Source: Candidatus Methylomirabilota bacterium
GTDB lineage: Bacteria > Methylomirabilota > Methylomirabilia > Rokubacteriales > CSP1-6
Length of the DNA: 25,028 nucleotides
Assembly: GCA_046726415.1 (NCBI GenBank)
Contig: JBKPAK010000239.1
Location: forward strand, 1-25,028
Reading direction: 5' to 3'
Shown here: piece by piece, positions 1 to 8,001 of the stretch
Layout of the letters: the number at the start of each line of letters is the position of its first letter
How positions within the stretch are numbered: the first letter of the stretch is position 1
The notes under the pieces: generated by a model
What the model saw: the letters and a program-made list of their open reading frames with translations, nothing else
Database searches by the model: none
Told to the model about the DNA's origin: nothing
Program-made: the position numbers and the translations under genes

Positions 1-2
1 AG

Positions 3-305
3 ACGCTGGCCGACGCCGGTGAGTCGCTGCCGCTCGGCCGACTGGCGGAACGCCTCTCCTGTGTGAAATCGAATATCACGCAACTGGTCGATCGCCTCGA
101 GGCGGATGGCTTCGTCGCGCGGGAACCAGACCCCGAGGATCGCCGCACCCGGCTGGCGGTGCTGACGACGGCGGGCCGTAGGGCATGCCGAAAGGGGACG
201 CGGCTCCAGCGGGAGGCCGAACGAACGCTGCTGGCGACGCTGACCCGGGGCGAGGCGCACCAGCTTGCGGCCTTGCTGGAGAAGCTGGGGAAACCAGGCG
301 GCTGA
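3..305 (+). CDS. MarR family transcriptional regulator (5' truncated by window edge)
   Basis: Frame is open from the window edge: TLADAGESLPLGRLAERLSCVKSNITQLVDRLEADGFVAREPDPEDRR. HTH plus the DRR wing motif typical of MarR; stop TGA 303-305. Confidence 0.9.
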   Translation, partial: TLADAGESLPLGRLAERLSCVKSNITQLVDRLEADGFVAREPDPEDRRTRLAVLTTAGRRACRKGTRLQREAERTLLATLTRGEAHQLAALLEKLGKPGG

Positions 306-394
306 CCTTTGTCCCAACGCCATGGGTGACAGGCGAGCGCGGCACAATCAGAACGGTGAGGTGACCGATGGACAGTGAGCGCGGGAGATCGACG

Positions 395-793
395 ATGAAC
401 GTCGCGCTGTGGATCGTGCAAGGGCTGCTGGCGGCCCTCTTTCTGTTTGCCGGTGGCGCGAAGCTGGTCCTACCGCTCGACGAGATGACGGGGCCGGTGG
501 CGCTACCGGGCTGGTTCTTGAGGTTCATCGGCGTCGCCGAGGTGCTCGGCGCGCTTGGCCTGATCCTCCCCGGGCTGCTGCGTATCCGGCCGGGCCTGAC
601 GCCCCTGGCCGCCGCCGGCCTGGTGATCATCATGATCGGCGCGATGGTGATCGGGCTGGTGGGCGGCATGGTGGCGGTGGCGCTGTTGAACGTGGTCGTG
701 GCATTCTTCGCGGCGTTTGTTGCCTACGGCCGCTGGCGCCTGGCGCCGCATCGCGACTCGTCCCGCCCGTCGGTGCTCAGGCCCGCCAGCTGA
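395..793 (+). CDS. DoxX-like family membrane protein
   Basis: MNVALWIVQGLLAALFLFAGGAKL...FIGVAEVLGALGLILPG...LTPLAAAGL, four hydrophobic segments; GGGAG SD at 383-387. Confidence 0.85.
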   Translation: MNVALWIVQGLLAALFLFAGGAKLVLPLDEMTGPVALPGWFLRFIGVAEVLGALGLILPGLLRIRPGLTPLAAAGLVIIMIGAMVIGLVGGMVAVALLNVVVAFFAAFVAYGRWRLAPHRDSSRPSVLRPAS

Positions 794-1143
794 GCGCGAA
801 GCCGCTCTCTCGGAAGAAGCAGACGATGAGTACCGGAGCATTCTCCAAGGCGGCTCGGTCGCATGCATGACGTCATGGGCTTCCTCTGCGAGTGGCCACG
901 ATTCGAGGAGGACCGGTTCATCACCGGCCCTCGACGCCGAGGAAGCGAGTCCAAGGCTTCGAGTCCTTGACCGCCGCATCCTTCAAGTTGCGGGGGGCGA
1001 CGGGGTCGCCGCTACGCCCGCTCGCTATTCCAATTCAGCGCAGATAGAGCTTGGCGAATCGCGGCCCGCCTCTGCTGCTGACCCGGCGGGCTGACCATCG
1101 ACGGCCATGCGGCGGCCGAGCGACTGCGCGGGTCGGGGGTGAT

Positions 1144-1554
1144 TCAGCCCAGTCCCCCCATCTGGCAGACGATCCGCCACTCGGCCTCCGTGACTGGCTG
1201 GACCGACAGGCGCGGGAGCCTGACCAGCGCCATGCCGGCGAGGCGGCGGTCCGCCTTGATCCGGCCGAGGCCGACCGGTGTCGGGAGCTGCTGCACCGCG
1301 GCGACGTCGACGGCGCGCCAGGCGGAGTCGGTCGAATCGGGATGCGCCTCCGCGATCACCCTGACGATGCCGACGATCGCGCGTTCCTTGCCGGTGTGGT
1401 AGAAGAACGCCTGCTCGCCCTTCTTCATGGCGCGCAGGTGGTTCTGGGCCGAGAAGTTGCGGATGCCTGTCCACTCCGCCCCGTCACGACGTTTCGCCAC
1501 CTGCTCGGTCCACGACCAATCGTCGGGCTCGGACTTCAGGAGCCAATATGCCAT
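1144..1554 (-). CDS. EVE domain-containing protein
   Basis: MAYWLLKSEP...WTGIRNFSAQNHLRAMKKGEQAFFYHTG...RLSVQPVTEAEW is the EVE signature; start placed at ATG 1554. Confidence 0.93.
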   Translation of the reverse strand: MAYWLLKSEPDDWSWTEQVAKRRDGAEWTGIRNFSAQNHLRAMKKGEQAFFYHTGKERAIVGIVRVIAEAHPDSTDSAWRAVDVAAVQQLPTPVGLGRIKADRRLAGMALVRLPRLSVQPVTEAEWRIVCQMGGLG

Positions 1555-1626
1555 GGCAGACCATCCTCGTTCCCCCAGGCTGAGAGCGCCGGGGGCCGCG
1601 GCCACACAGTAGTCGACCTCAAGGGC

Positions 1627-1801
1627 ATCATGTACGACATCGCGCCGACCTCCGGCTGGCCCAACTCCTTCTCGCTGTCGCGGTCTTGATGCGAACCATG
1701 ATGTCGGCTTTCGACAATCCCGCCAGCGCCAGCTACGTCCGCTTGAGCTGGATCGGCAGTACCGATCGAGCGGCCTGTGGGTTGAGGCAAACGGGAGACC
1801 G
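1627..1801 (-). pseudogene. Internal remnant of a conserved hypothetical protein
   Basis: Reads RSPVCLNPQAARSVLPIQLKRT*LALAGLSKADIMVRIKTA, then shifts frame to KELGQPEVGAMSYMM. In-frame TAG at 1733-1735. Resembles from memory an uncharacterised family with CxNPxAARS and GAMSYMMS motifs. Confidence 0.55.
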
Positions 1802-1869
1802 CCCGCCTCCCGAACGCCTGGGGCCGCCTGCCAAGTCGTATCCTAATCGGGAGCCAAAGGGAGATCGCC

Positions 1870-2564
1870 ATGCCGTTCGAGCTAGTTGAGCCAGGCATCC
1901 TGACCGTTGGCGTCGATGCGTCCGCACCTGGCGCCCTGCACTCGGATCCATCCGTCCCCGGCTTCGAGGGGTTCGAGGTCGACCTCATGACGGAAGTGGC
2001 CGTGCGTCTGGGGCTCACGTACCGGTACCGCGGCGGCCCGGGGGCCGGGCTCATCGACGAGTTGCGGGAAGGCAGACTGGACGCCGTCGTTACCGCGGCG
2101 ACCATCACGGAGGAACGCAAGCGCCTTGTCGACTTCAGCGAGCCTTACCTCGAGTACCGGCTGGGGATCGCCGTCGGGCGTCACGGCGCCATCCGCACGC
2201 TCGCCGATCTGGACGGAAAGCGGATCGCCGTCCGCATCGCGACCACGGCCGCACAGTTCGCGCAGACCAGAGCGAAGGCGGCGGAGATCCGTAGCTATCA
2301 TACGAACGTGGAGGCGTTCGAGGCGGTTCGCGCGGGTGTCGTCGATGCGTGGGTCGAGGATGCGCCGATCGCGCAATGGTTCGTGGATCGCATTCCGGAG
2401 CTGGAGCTGGCCGGGACCATCGAGGCGACGAGGCGCACTACGCGATCATGTTCCGCAAAGGCAACGATGCAGTCCGGCAGGCGGTCGATCAGGTGCTGGC
2501 GCAGGTCAAAGCCGATGGCACCTACGATCGGCTCTGCGAGCGGTGGTTCGGCCGGGGCGTCTGA
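1870..2564 (+). pseudogene. Polar amino-acid ABC-type substrate-binding protein (SBP_bac_3-like), frameshifted near 2428-2430
   Basis: GFEVDL, TITEERKRLVDFSEPY, DLDGKRIAV motifs. The C-terminus EAHYAIMFRKGNDAVRQAVDQVLAQVKADGTYDRLCERWFG* is in another frame; one added base restores it. May be a sequencing error. Confidence 0.8.
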
Positions 2565-2754
2565 CGAGCGGAGTCCGCCCGGGGTCATGAGCTCGTATCC
2601 GAGCGGCCAGTCCCCGTCACTGGCGAGTAGCGCATCGTCAATGGCATCGGACCATTCTCAGCCCCGCCGCGATTGGCGAGGGCGTCGAACAAGCGGCCTC
2701 CGTTCCGGCGCAGCCGCGCTTTGCCGAAACTGCGCCGACATTGAGGTGGCAAGG

Positions 2755-2883
2755 ATGACGGCCGCGGGTGGGCGTTCTATCCTCGCGACGACTCTCCCTG
2801 CGGCGGCGGCCATTTTCGTCTTCGGAACTCTCTACGACGCCGGAGCACGCCTGGTGCTGGGCGTGCCACTCACCATCGCCTCA
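2755..2883 (+). pseudogene. N-terminal fragment of AzlC-like membrane protein
   Basis: MTAAGGRSILATTLPAAAAIFVFGTLYDAGARLVLGVPLTIAS resembles the first AzlC helices and breaks off before the expected S-x-x-x-F-S/A-G-A-x-Q-F motif. Confidence 0.45.
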
Positions 2884-2884
2884 T

Positions 2885-3016
2885 TCGAGCCTCGAGGCGT
2901 CCCAGGAGTTTCTGCAGACGGATGGCTACGCCTCCTACGTGAACGATGTCGAGCCGCTACTATCGGGCCCACCACAAATTACCGCCCTCACGCCGGTGTG
3001 GTCCAAAGGTGCCTAG
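2885..3016 (+). pseudogene. C-terminal fragment of antibiotic biosynthesis monooxygenase (ABM)-like protein
   Basis: SSLEASQEFLQTDGYASYVNDVEPLLSGPPQITALTPVWSKGA* resembles ABM/putative quinol monooxygenase C-termini (PLLxGPP); no start. Confidence 0.45.
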
Positions 3017-3064
3017 CCCTCGTTAAATAGGCCGTCACGGAGAAAGGAGGGCAAGCTCGACCCC

Positions 3065-3148
3065 ACGCCAGCATGCCGACGCAGCCGTACATGACGGCAG
3101 GGAGTATCAGCAGCAGAATACCCGCCATCTTCTCGATTACGGGCCCAT
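3065..3148 (-). pseudogene. N-terminal remnant of small membrane protein
   Basis: ATG GGC CCG TAA TCG AGA AGA then a frame slip into AGILLLILPAVMYGCVGML; reconstructs to MGP(E)SRR(L)AGILLLILPAVMYG. Confidence 0.35.
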
Positions 3149-3204
3149 GGGGCTCGTGCGTGCGCGTGCAACCTCCAGCCCACGCGGGGCACGACCCCGC
3201 GCGT

Positions 3205-4593
3205 CTATGCCAGCACGGAGGCGAGTCGCTTGACACCCTCGACGATCGCGGTGTGGTTCAGGGTGCCGTAGCCCAGCAGCAGAGCGGGCGGTCCCGGGTG
3301 CTGCGCACGATGCGCGTGGACTCCGTACACGGCGACGGAGAGCCTGGCCGCGGCGTCGATGACCTTTTGCTCGTCCGCGCCTGGTTCGAGCTCCACCAGC
3401 AGATGCAGCCCCGCGGCGACGCCGTGGACACGGAGTCCCGGCGCGAGCTTGCGAAGGGCGGCAACCAGAACGTCGCGGCGGCGCCGATAGAGCAGCCGCA
3501 TCCGTCGCAGGTGGCGGTCAAGCTCTCCCCGCTCGAGAAAGTCGGCGTAGGCGAGCTGGTCCAGGGCGGGCGAGCCCATGTCTTCCCGGCCCTTGAGCTG
3601 GGCGACCTCCGCCACGAACTCCCCGGGCAGCACGAGCCAACCGAGACGCAGAGCAGGGGCCAGTGTCTTGCTAACGGACCCGGCGTAGATGACACGGTCG
3701 GGGGCGAGTCCTTGCAGCGCCCCGATCGGCTCCCGGTCGTACCGATACTCCGCGTCGTAGTCGTCCTCGATCACTATCGCTCCGCGCGTGGCCGCCCAAT
3801 CGAGCAGTGCCGCTCGGCGCTCCGGGGCGAGAACGGCGCCGGTGGGGAACTGATGGGCCGGCGTCACGACCACGGCGCCGGCATCGACGGTGCGCAGGCG
3901 CTCCATGCGCAATCCGCTCTGGTCGACGGGAATCGGAGTCAGCCTCAGGCCCAGCGCCTGCATGGTGGCGCGGTGTACCGCGTGGCTCGGGTCCTCGACG
4001 ACGACGCGCGTGACCTCCCGCGCTCGAAGAGCCTGACACACGAGCCTCAACCCCTGGGCGAACCCTGTGCAGAGGACCACGTGGCCGGCGTGCGCGGCCG
4101 TACCCCGCACACGGTTGAGATAGGCCGACAACGCCTGGCGAAGCGGGGCGACGCCCCTGGGGTCGGGGTAGCCGAACGCCGCGCCCGGGGCGGAGGTGAG
4201 CACGCGGCGTAGCGACATCAACCACGCCCGGCGAGGAAACATCTCGGCGTCGGGCACCCCGGGCCGAAAGTCGTAGCGCATCGGTGGCGCGACTCGCTCG
4301 ACCGGCACGGCGGGCTCGACTTTCGATTCGCGAGTGGCCACTCGCGTCGCCGAGCCCCGACGCGCCGTCAGATAACCCTCGGCGAGGAGCTGCTCATAGG
4401 CCTCGACAACGACGCCGCGAGAGAGCCCCAGGTCAGCCGCGAGAGCCCGACTCGACGGCAGGGGGGTCCCCGGCCGGAGCCGGCCGACGCGAATCGCGTC
4501 GCGCAGCTCCCGCTCGAACTGGGCGCGCAACGGCGTGCCAGGGCGCCGCTCCACGCGAAGCAGGATCTCAGGTCGAGAAGTGGTCCTCTTCAT
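3205..4593 (-). CDS. MocR/GabR family regulator (GntR wHTH plus PLP-dependent aminotransferase-like domain)
   Basis: LPSSRALAADLGLSRGVVVEAYEQLLAEGYL; VTPAHQFPTG; IEDDYDAEYRY; GSVSKTLAPALRLGW (PLP lysine). Confidence 0.96.
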   Translation of the reverse strand: MKRTTSRPEILLRVERRPGTPLRAQFERELRDAIRVGRLRPGTPLPSSRALAADLGLSRGVVVEAYEQLLAEGYLTARRGSATRVATRESKVEPAVPVERVAPPMRYDFRPGVPDAEMFPRRAWLMSLRRVLTSAPGAAFGYPDPRGVAPLRQALSAYLNRVRGTAAHAGHVVLCTGFAQGLRLVCQALRAREVTRVVVEDPSHAVHRATMQALGLRLTPIPVDQSGLRMERLRTVDAGAVVVTPAHQFPTGAVLAPERRAALLDWAATRGAIVIEDDYDAEYRYDREPIGALQGLAPDRVIYAGSVSKTLAPALRLGWLVLPGEFVAEVAQLKGREDMGSPALDQLAYADFLERGELDRHLRRMRLLYRRRRDVLVAALRKLAPGLRVHGVAAGLHLLVELEPGADEQKVIDAAARLSVAVYGVHAHRAQHPGPPALLLGYGTLNHTAIVEGVKRLASVLA

Positions 4594-4627
4594 CTCCGGA
4601 TAAGTGGACCTTCACAATATACCAATT
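4578..4627. promoter_or_regulatory. Putative MocR-type operator (two direct repeats plus one inverted copy)
   Basis: AAGTGGTCC 4578-4586, AAGTGGACC 4602-4610, ACCAATT 4621-4627 (reverse complement AATTGGT), lying between the regulator and the divergent gene. Confidence 0.6.
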
Positions 4628-4666
4628 TGCGCCCAGGCTCAGACCAAGGAGATAGGAGGAGGCGCC

Positions 4667-5046
4667 ATGCTGGTGCTGTTCGGCGTTCTCACCGCGAGCG
4701 CACCGTTTGCCGTCGTGATCGGCCTGCTCGCCTGGACGGCTTGGCGCGAGCGTCGGGCCGGGAGGTTCAGGATCGCCAGATCGCGCTGACTGACGGCATC
4801 CACGCTCGGCTCGGCGCCGCCGCGGCGCCGGTGGTGCGCCGCCGTCACCGCGGCTGGCAGGTGCGGATGGCCGTGCCGTTCCAGCGTCCGGCCGAGACCG
4901 AGACGCTCCTGGCGATCGTGCTGGAGGCCTTCGCGCCGGGCGATCGCAATCCCCGAGCACTCGAAGTCGTCTTCACCCGCCCGCCCCACGCGCCCGCGAC
5001 GAAGCTCGTCGGGGCCTACGGCGTCGGGCGGGAGTCCTCGTCATGA
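4667..5046 (+). CDS. Hypothetical membrane-anchored protein, frameshifted near 4758
   Basis: Strong SD AGGAGGAGG; N-terminal TM helix MLVLFGVLTASAPFAVVIGLLAW; continues in another frame as REVQDRQIALTDGIHARLGAAAAPVV...; stop overlaps the next start (ATGA 5043-5046). Confidence 0.6.
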
Positions 5047-5228
5047 ACATGAACGAGTACGCGCTCCGGGTTCTCGCGCGCGATCGGCTCGCCGAACTGC
5101 GGGCGGCAGGCGAACGCCCGAGCCGGATCCGAGTCGTGAGGCCGATTTCCCGTCCGCTGCGGACCCTGTTGGGCCACGCGCTCGTCCGAGTGCGCCAACG
5201 CTGCAGGGTGGACGGGAGTGTTCGCTGA
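5043..5228 (+). CDS. Small basic hypothetical protein
   Basis: ATGA overlap with the upstream gene and GGGAG SD; MNMNEYALRVLARDRLAELRAAGER...LGHALVRV. Confidence 0.6.
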   Translation: MNMNEYALRVLARDRLAELRAAGERPSRIRVVRPISRPLRTLLGHALVRVRQRCRVDGSVR

Positions 5229-5443
5229 TGCTCAGCGCCGGTGGCGGGGACGAGGCCCCAAGGACATCGGCGCCTGAGGCTCTTCGTGGGTGACGCCGAC
5301 CTCGTGAAGGCGCGGTGAACGACGCGGCGAATCGGTCGCCGGGCGCCCGGCATCTCATCCGCTAAGAAACAGTTTCAGGCTCGAACTATGTGGCCGGGTC
5401 TCCTGGAGGGTAGATGCGGTGGCCTGGGCTGGGAGGATTCCGC

Positions 5444-6007
5444 ATGAACGAAAGCGTTCGCATCCTCGGTATCCCAGGCAGTCTGCGCAAGGCGTCGTTC
5501 AACCTCGCGGCCTTGCGCGCGGCCCAGGAGCTCCTCCCGCCGGACGCGACCCTCGAGATCTTCGACCTCGAGGGTATCCCTCCGTTCAGCGAGGACGACG
5601 AGCGGACACCCCCGGCCCACGTCATCGGGCTGAAGGCGAGGATCCGTGAGGCGGATGCGATTCTTATCGCCACCCCTGAATACAACTACTCGGTCCCCGG
5701 GGTGCTGAAGAACGCGATCGACTGGGCCTCCCGGCCCTATGGCGACAGCGCGTGGGACGGCAAGCCGGTCGCGATCATGGGGGCGTCAGTCGGGGCGATG
5801 GGGACGGCGCGGGCCCAATATCATCTGCGCCAGATGTTCGTGTTTCTCAACATGCACGCGCTGAATCGACCCGAGGTCATGATCCCGAACGCGGCCCAGC
5901 GCTTCGACGCCAACGCCCGCCTCGTCGACCCGACGTCGCGGAAGCTCGTGGAGCAGCTCCTCGAAGGGCTGGTGGTGTGGACCCGGCGCCTCGGCAAGGG
6001 TAGCTGA
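5444..6007 (+). CDS. NADPH-dependent FMN reductase (ChrR/SsuE-like flavodoxin fold)
   Basis: GSLRKASFN, ATPEYNYSVPGVLKNAIDWASRP, GTARAQYHLRQ; GGAGG SD before ATG 5444. Confidence 0.95.
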   Translation: MNESVRILGIPGSLRKASFNLAALRAAQELLPPDATLEIFDLEGIPPFSEDDERTPPAHVIGLKARIREADAILIATPEYNYSVPGVLKNAIDWASRPYGDSAWDGKPVAIMGASVGAMGTARAQYHLRQMFVFLNMHALNRPEVMIPNAAQRFDANARLVDPTSRKLVEQLLEGLVVWTRRLGKGS

Positions 6008-6029
6008 GACGGTCGGCGTCGGAGTACGC

Positions 6030-6069
6030 CGTGCGGGAGGCTCGATAAGCGTGGCGGAGGCTCGATAAG
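6030..6069. repeat. 20-bp tandem duplication
   Basis: cgtgcgggaggctcgataag / cgtggcggaggctcgataag; the second copy runs into the SD TAAGGAGGT (6066-6074). Confidence 0.8.
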
Positions 6070-6079
6070 GAGGTGCGCA

Positions 6080-6484
6080 ATGGCGATTCGACTGGACCAC
6101 ACGATCGTCCCGTCCAAGGACAAGATGGTGTCGGCCGAGTTCTTAGCCGACATCTTCGGCCTGACGGCTAAGCCCGGCTACTTCGCCCAAGTGCGAGTCA
6201 ACGAGAGCTTGACTCTCGATTTCGCCGACGAGCCGGAGGAGTGGGGTGGGCCGGGTTTCGACCCCAAGACGGGCCGCAGCCATCACTACGCCTTCTATGT
6301 CGGCGAGGCGGAGTTCGAGGCGATCTTGGGCCGGGTGAAGGCGAAGGGCATTCCCTACGGCAGTGAGCCGCACAGCCACACCAACGGCCGGATCAACACT
6401 CGCCGGGGCGGGCGCGGCTTCTACTTCGAAGATCCTTACGGCCACTTGCTGGAGGTCATGACGGTGCCCGAGACGGGAAGCTAG
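6080..6484 (+). CDS. VOC family (glyoxalase/bleomycin resistance) protein
   Basis: LDHTIV...HYAF...GGRGFYFEDPYGHLLEV; perfect SD. Confidence 0.92.
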   Translation: MAIRLDHTIVPSKDKMVSAEFLADIFGLTAKPGYFAQVRVNESLTLDFADEPEEWGGPGFDPKTGRSHHYAFYVGEAEFEAILGRVKAKGIPYGSEPHSHTNGRINTRRGGRGFYFEDPYGHLLEVMTVPETGS

Positions 6485-6540
6485 CCGCCCGGGAAAGAGC
6501 GGACGAGCTCCCGCCAAGCCGAGTGAGGTGACACCGACCT

Positions 6541-7401
6541 TTGCTCGCATCGCTCCTTGCGCTTGGTTCCGCCACCCTGTACGGCGCCGCCGACTTCCTG
6601 GGCGGGCTCGCGGCTCGCCGAACCGACACCGTGGCGGTCGTCGTCGTGTCGCAGTTTTCCGGGATGGTCGTCCTTGCCGTCATGCTTCCGTTGCTCCCGG
6701 ATGCTTCTCCGGCCGTGCCAGACCTCGCGTGGGGCGCGGTGGCGGGTATTGCCATTGGCGGTGGTCTCGGTCTCCTGTATCGGGCGCTTGCCATTGGCAG
6801 GATGGCGGTGGTCGCGCCGACCACCGCGGTGTGTGCCGTTGTGATTTCTCTGATCGCGGCGGTGCTGCTCGGCGAGCGGCCCGGTCCACGAACCTTTGTC
6901 GGCATTGCGCTGGCGATCGGGTCCATCGCCCTCGTGAGTCAAGCGCCCACGAGGACGGCGCATGAGGAGGTCACCGCTGCCGCTTCTGGTCCCCCCTCCG
7001 GTCTTGGGCTGGCGCTCCTGTCGGGCGTCGCCATCGGAATATTCTTCCTATCGCTGGCGCGCACGGCATCGACCGCGGGCCTGTGGCCTCTGCTCGTCGC
7101 GCGTCTCGCGTCGGTCGCGATCTTTGGAGCATCCGCGATCGCTGGCGGGCGATCGCTGCGAATGGCTACCTCTGTTGCCGCGATCGCCATCGTCGGCGGC
7201 GTGATCGACATGCTCGCCAACGCACTGTATCTACTGGCGACGCACAGCGGGCCGCTCAGCGTGGTGGTGACGCTGACATCGCTCTATCCCGCCACCACCG
7301 TGGTGCTGGCGCTCGCGGTGCTCGGCGAGCGTCTCAGCGGGCGGCAGGGCGCGGGGATCGTATGCGCATTGATCGCGGTGCTGTTGATCGTCGTGAGGTG
7401 A
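6541..7401 (+). CDS. EamA/DMT family transporter
   Basis: About ten hydrophobic helices; YGAADFLGG, GRMAVVAP, LLGERP, SLYPATTVVLA...LGERL duplicated EamA pattern; TTG start uncertain. Confidence 0.9.
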   Translation: MLASLLALGSATLYGAADFLGGLAARRTDTVAVVVVSQFSGMVVLAVMLPLLPDASPAVPDLAWGAVAGIAIGGGLGLLYRALAIGRMAVVAPTTAVCAVVISLIAAVLLGERPGPRTFVGIALAIGSIALVSQAPTRTAHEEVTAAASGPPSGLGLALLSGVAIGIFFLSLARTASTAGLWPLLVARLASVAIFGASAIAGGRSLRMATSVAAIAIVGGVIDMLANALYLLATHSGPLSVVVTLTSLYPATTVVLALAVLGERLSGRQGAGIVCALIAVLLIVVR

Positions 7402-7422
7402 TTCGGAGCTGGTTCCCGTCCT

Positions 7423-7644
7423 CTTTGCTTTGAGCTCATCGTGGCCCGTGCAGAAGTACAGGGATCCCTCTAGCCAGACGGCCACCAGCGGTGTGACGTG
7501 GGGGCGTCCGTCGGGGCGGACGGTCGACAACCAGAACACTTCGGCCCTCTCCAGGATGTCGCGTGCCTGCGCCCACGGTGTGGCCGTGGCTTTTGGATCA
7601 CTGAAAGGGACGTGAAGCTCCGCCCTGGGATCCGTGTCGGTCAT
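7423..7644 (-). pseudogene. Pyridoxamine 5'-phosphate oxidase-like protein, 3' truncated
   Basis: MTDTDPRAELHVPFSDPKATATPWAQARDILERAEVFWLSTVRPDGRPHVTPLVAVWLEGSLYFCTGHDELKAK; similarity stops and the frame runs antisense into the EamA gene. Confidence 0.75.
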
Positions 7645-7811
7645 CTCGCCCTCCCTGTCCAGGTCTCTATCGGGGAGACCACGGCGAATTGCTCCCTGGA
7701 TGCATCGCCTCGCGCACTTCATTCTGTGCTACGTCGTGCTGCGCCCCGCCGCACGGCGCTCGACTTCAAGAAGGTCGATCCGGTTGCGCGGCGCCGAACG
7801 CGACAGTTTCC

Positions 7812-7840
7812 TCGCAACCAGTCGACAAGCAGCGTAGAAT
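7812..7840 (+). promoter_or_regulatory. Putative sigma70 promoter
   Basis: -10 TAGAAT 7835-7840; weak -35 TCGCAA 7812-7817 at 17-bp spacing. Confidence 0.4.
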
Positions 7841-7846
7841 GCTGAG

Positions 7847-8001
7847 CGCCGGACCCAATCGACGCCCACCTCCTTGCTCCCAGGGAGGACAAGGAGGCCC
7901 CGCATACGAGTCTTTGCGAGCGTTCAGTCGCGCCATTCCTCCGTGGGGAGTGAGTTTGCCCCCACAGCCTCCGCGCCGAGCGCCATCGTCGAGATCCGGC
8001 G
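7847..8001 (+). ncRNA. Candidate structured RNA or cis-leader (~155 nt)
   Basis: Ends pair (CGCCGGA 7847-7853 with TCCGGCG 7995-8001; TCGACG 7859-7864 with CGTCGA 7987-7992); internal hairpins CCTCCTTG/CAAGGAGG and GTGGGG/CCCCAC; begins at the expected +1 of the promoter above. Confidence 0.4.

Noticed and set aside
979-999. SFKLRGA peptide resembling the threonine dehydratase PLP-lysine motif
   Set aside because: Flanking residues do not fit and the frame closes quickly; probably chance.
2421-2440. Programmed ribosomal frameshift
   Set aside because: No X XXY YYZ slippery heptamer here or at the other frameshift sites I read.
1870-3030. 386-aa ORF as a single binding-protein/membrane fusion
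   Set aside because: Produced by the frameshift at ~2430 reading through intergenic DNA into the AzlC-like fragment.
3073-4212. Long plus-strand ORF (379 aa), and similar ones such as 16959-18401, 20533-21702 and 22137-23219
   Set aside because: Antisense shadows of well-supported genes; long stop-free frames are expected at high GC and these have no recognisable motifs.
7847-8001. Assignment of the structured region to tRNA, tmRNA or SRP RNA
   Set aside because: No cloverleaf/TTC loop or CCA end and no SRP GGAA domain IV motif; left as an unassigned candidate.
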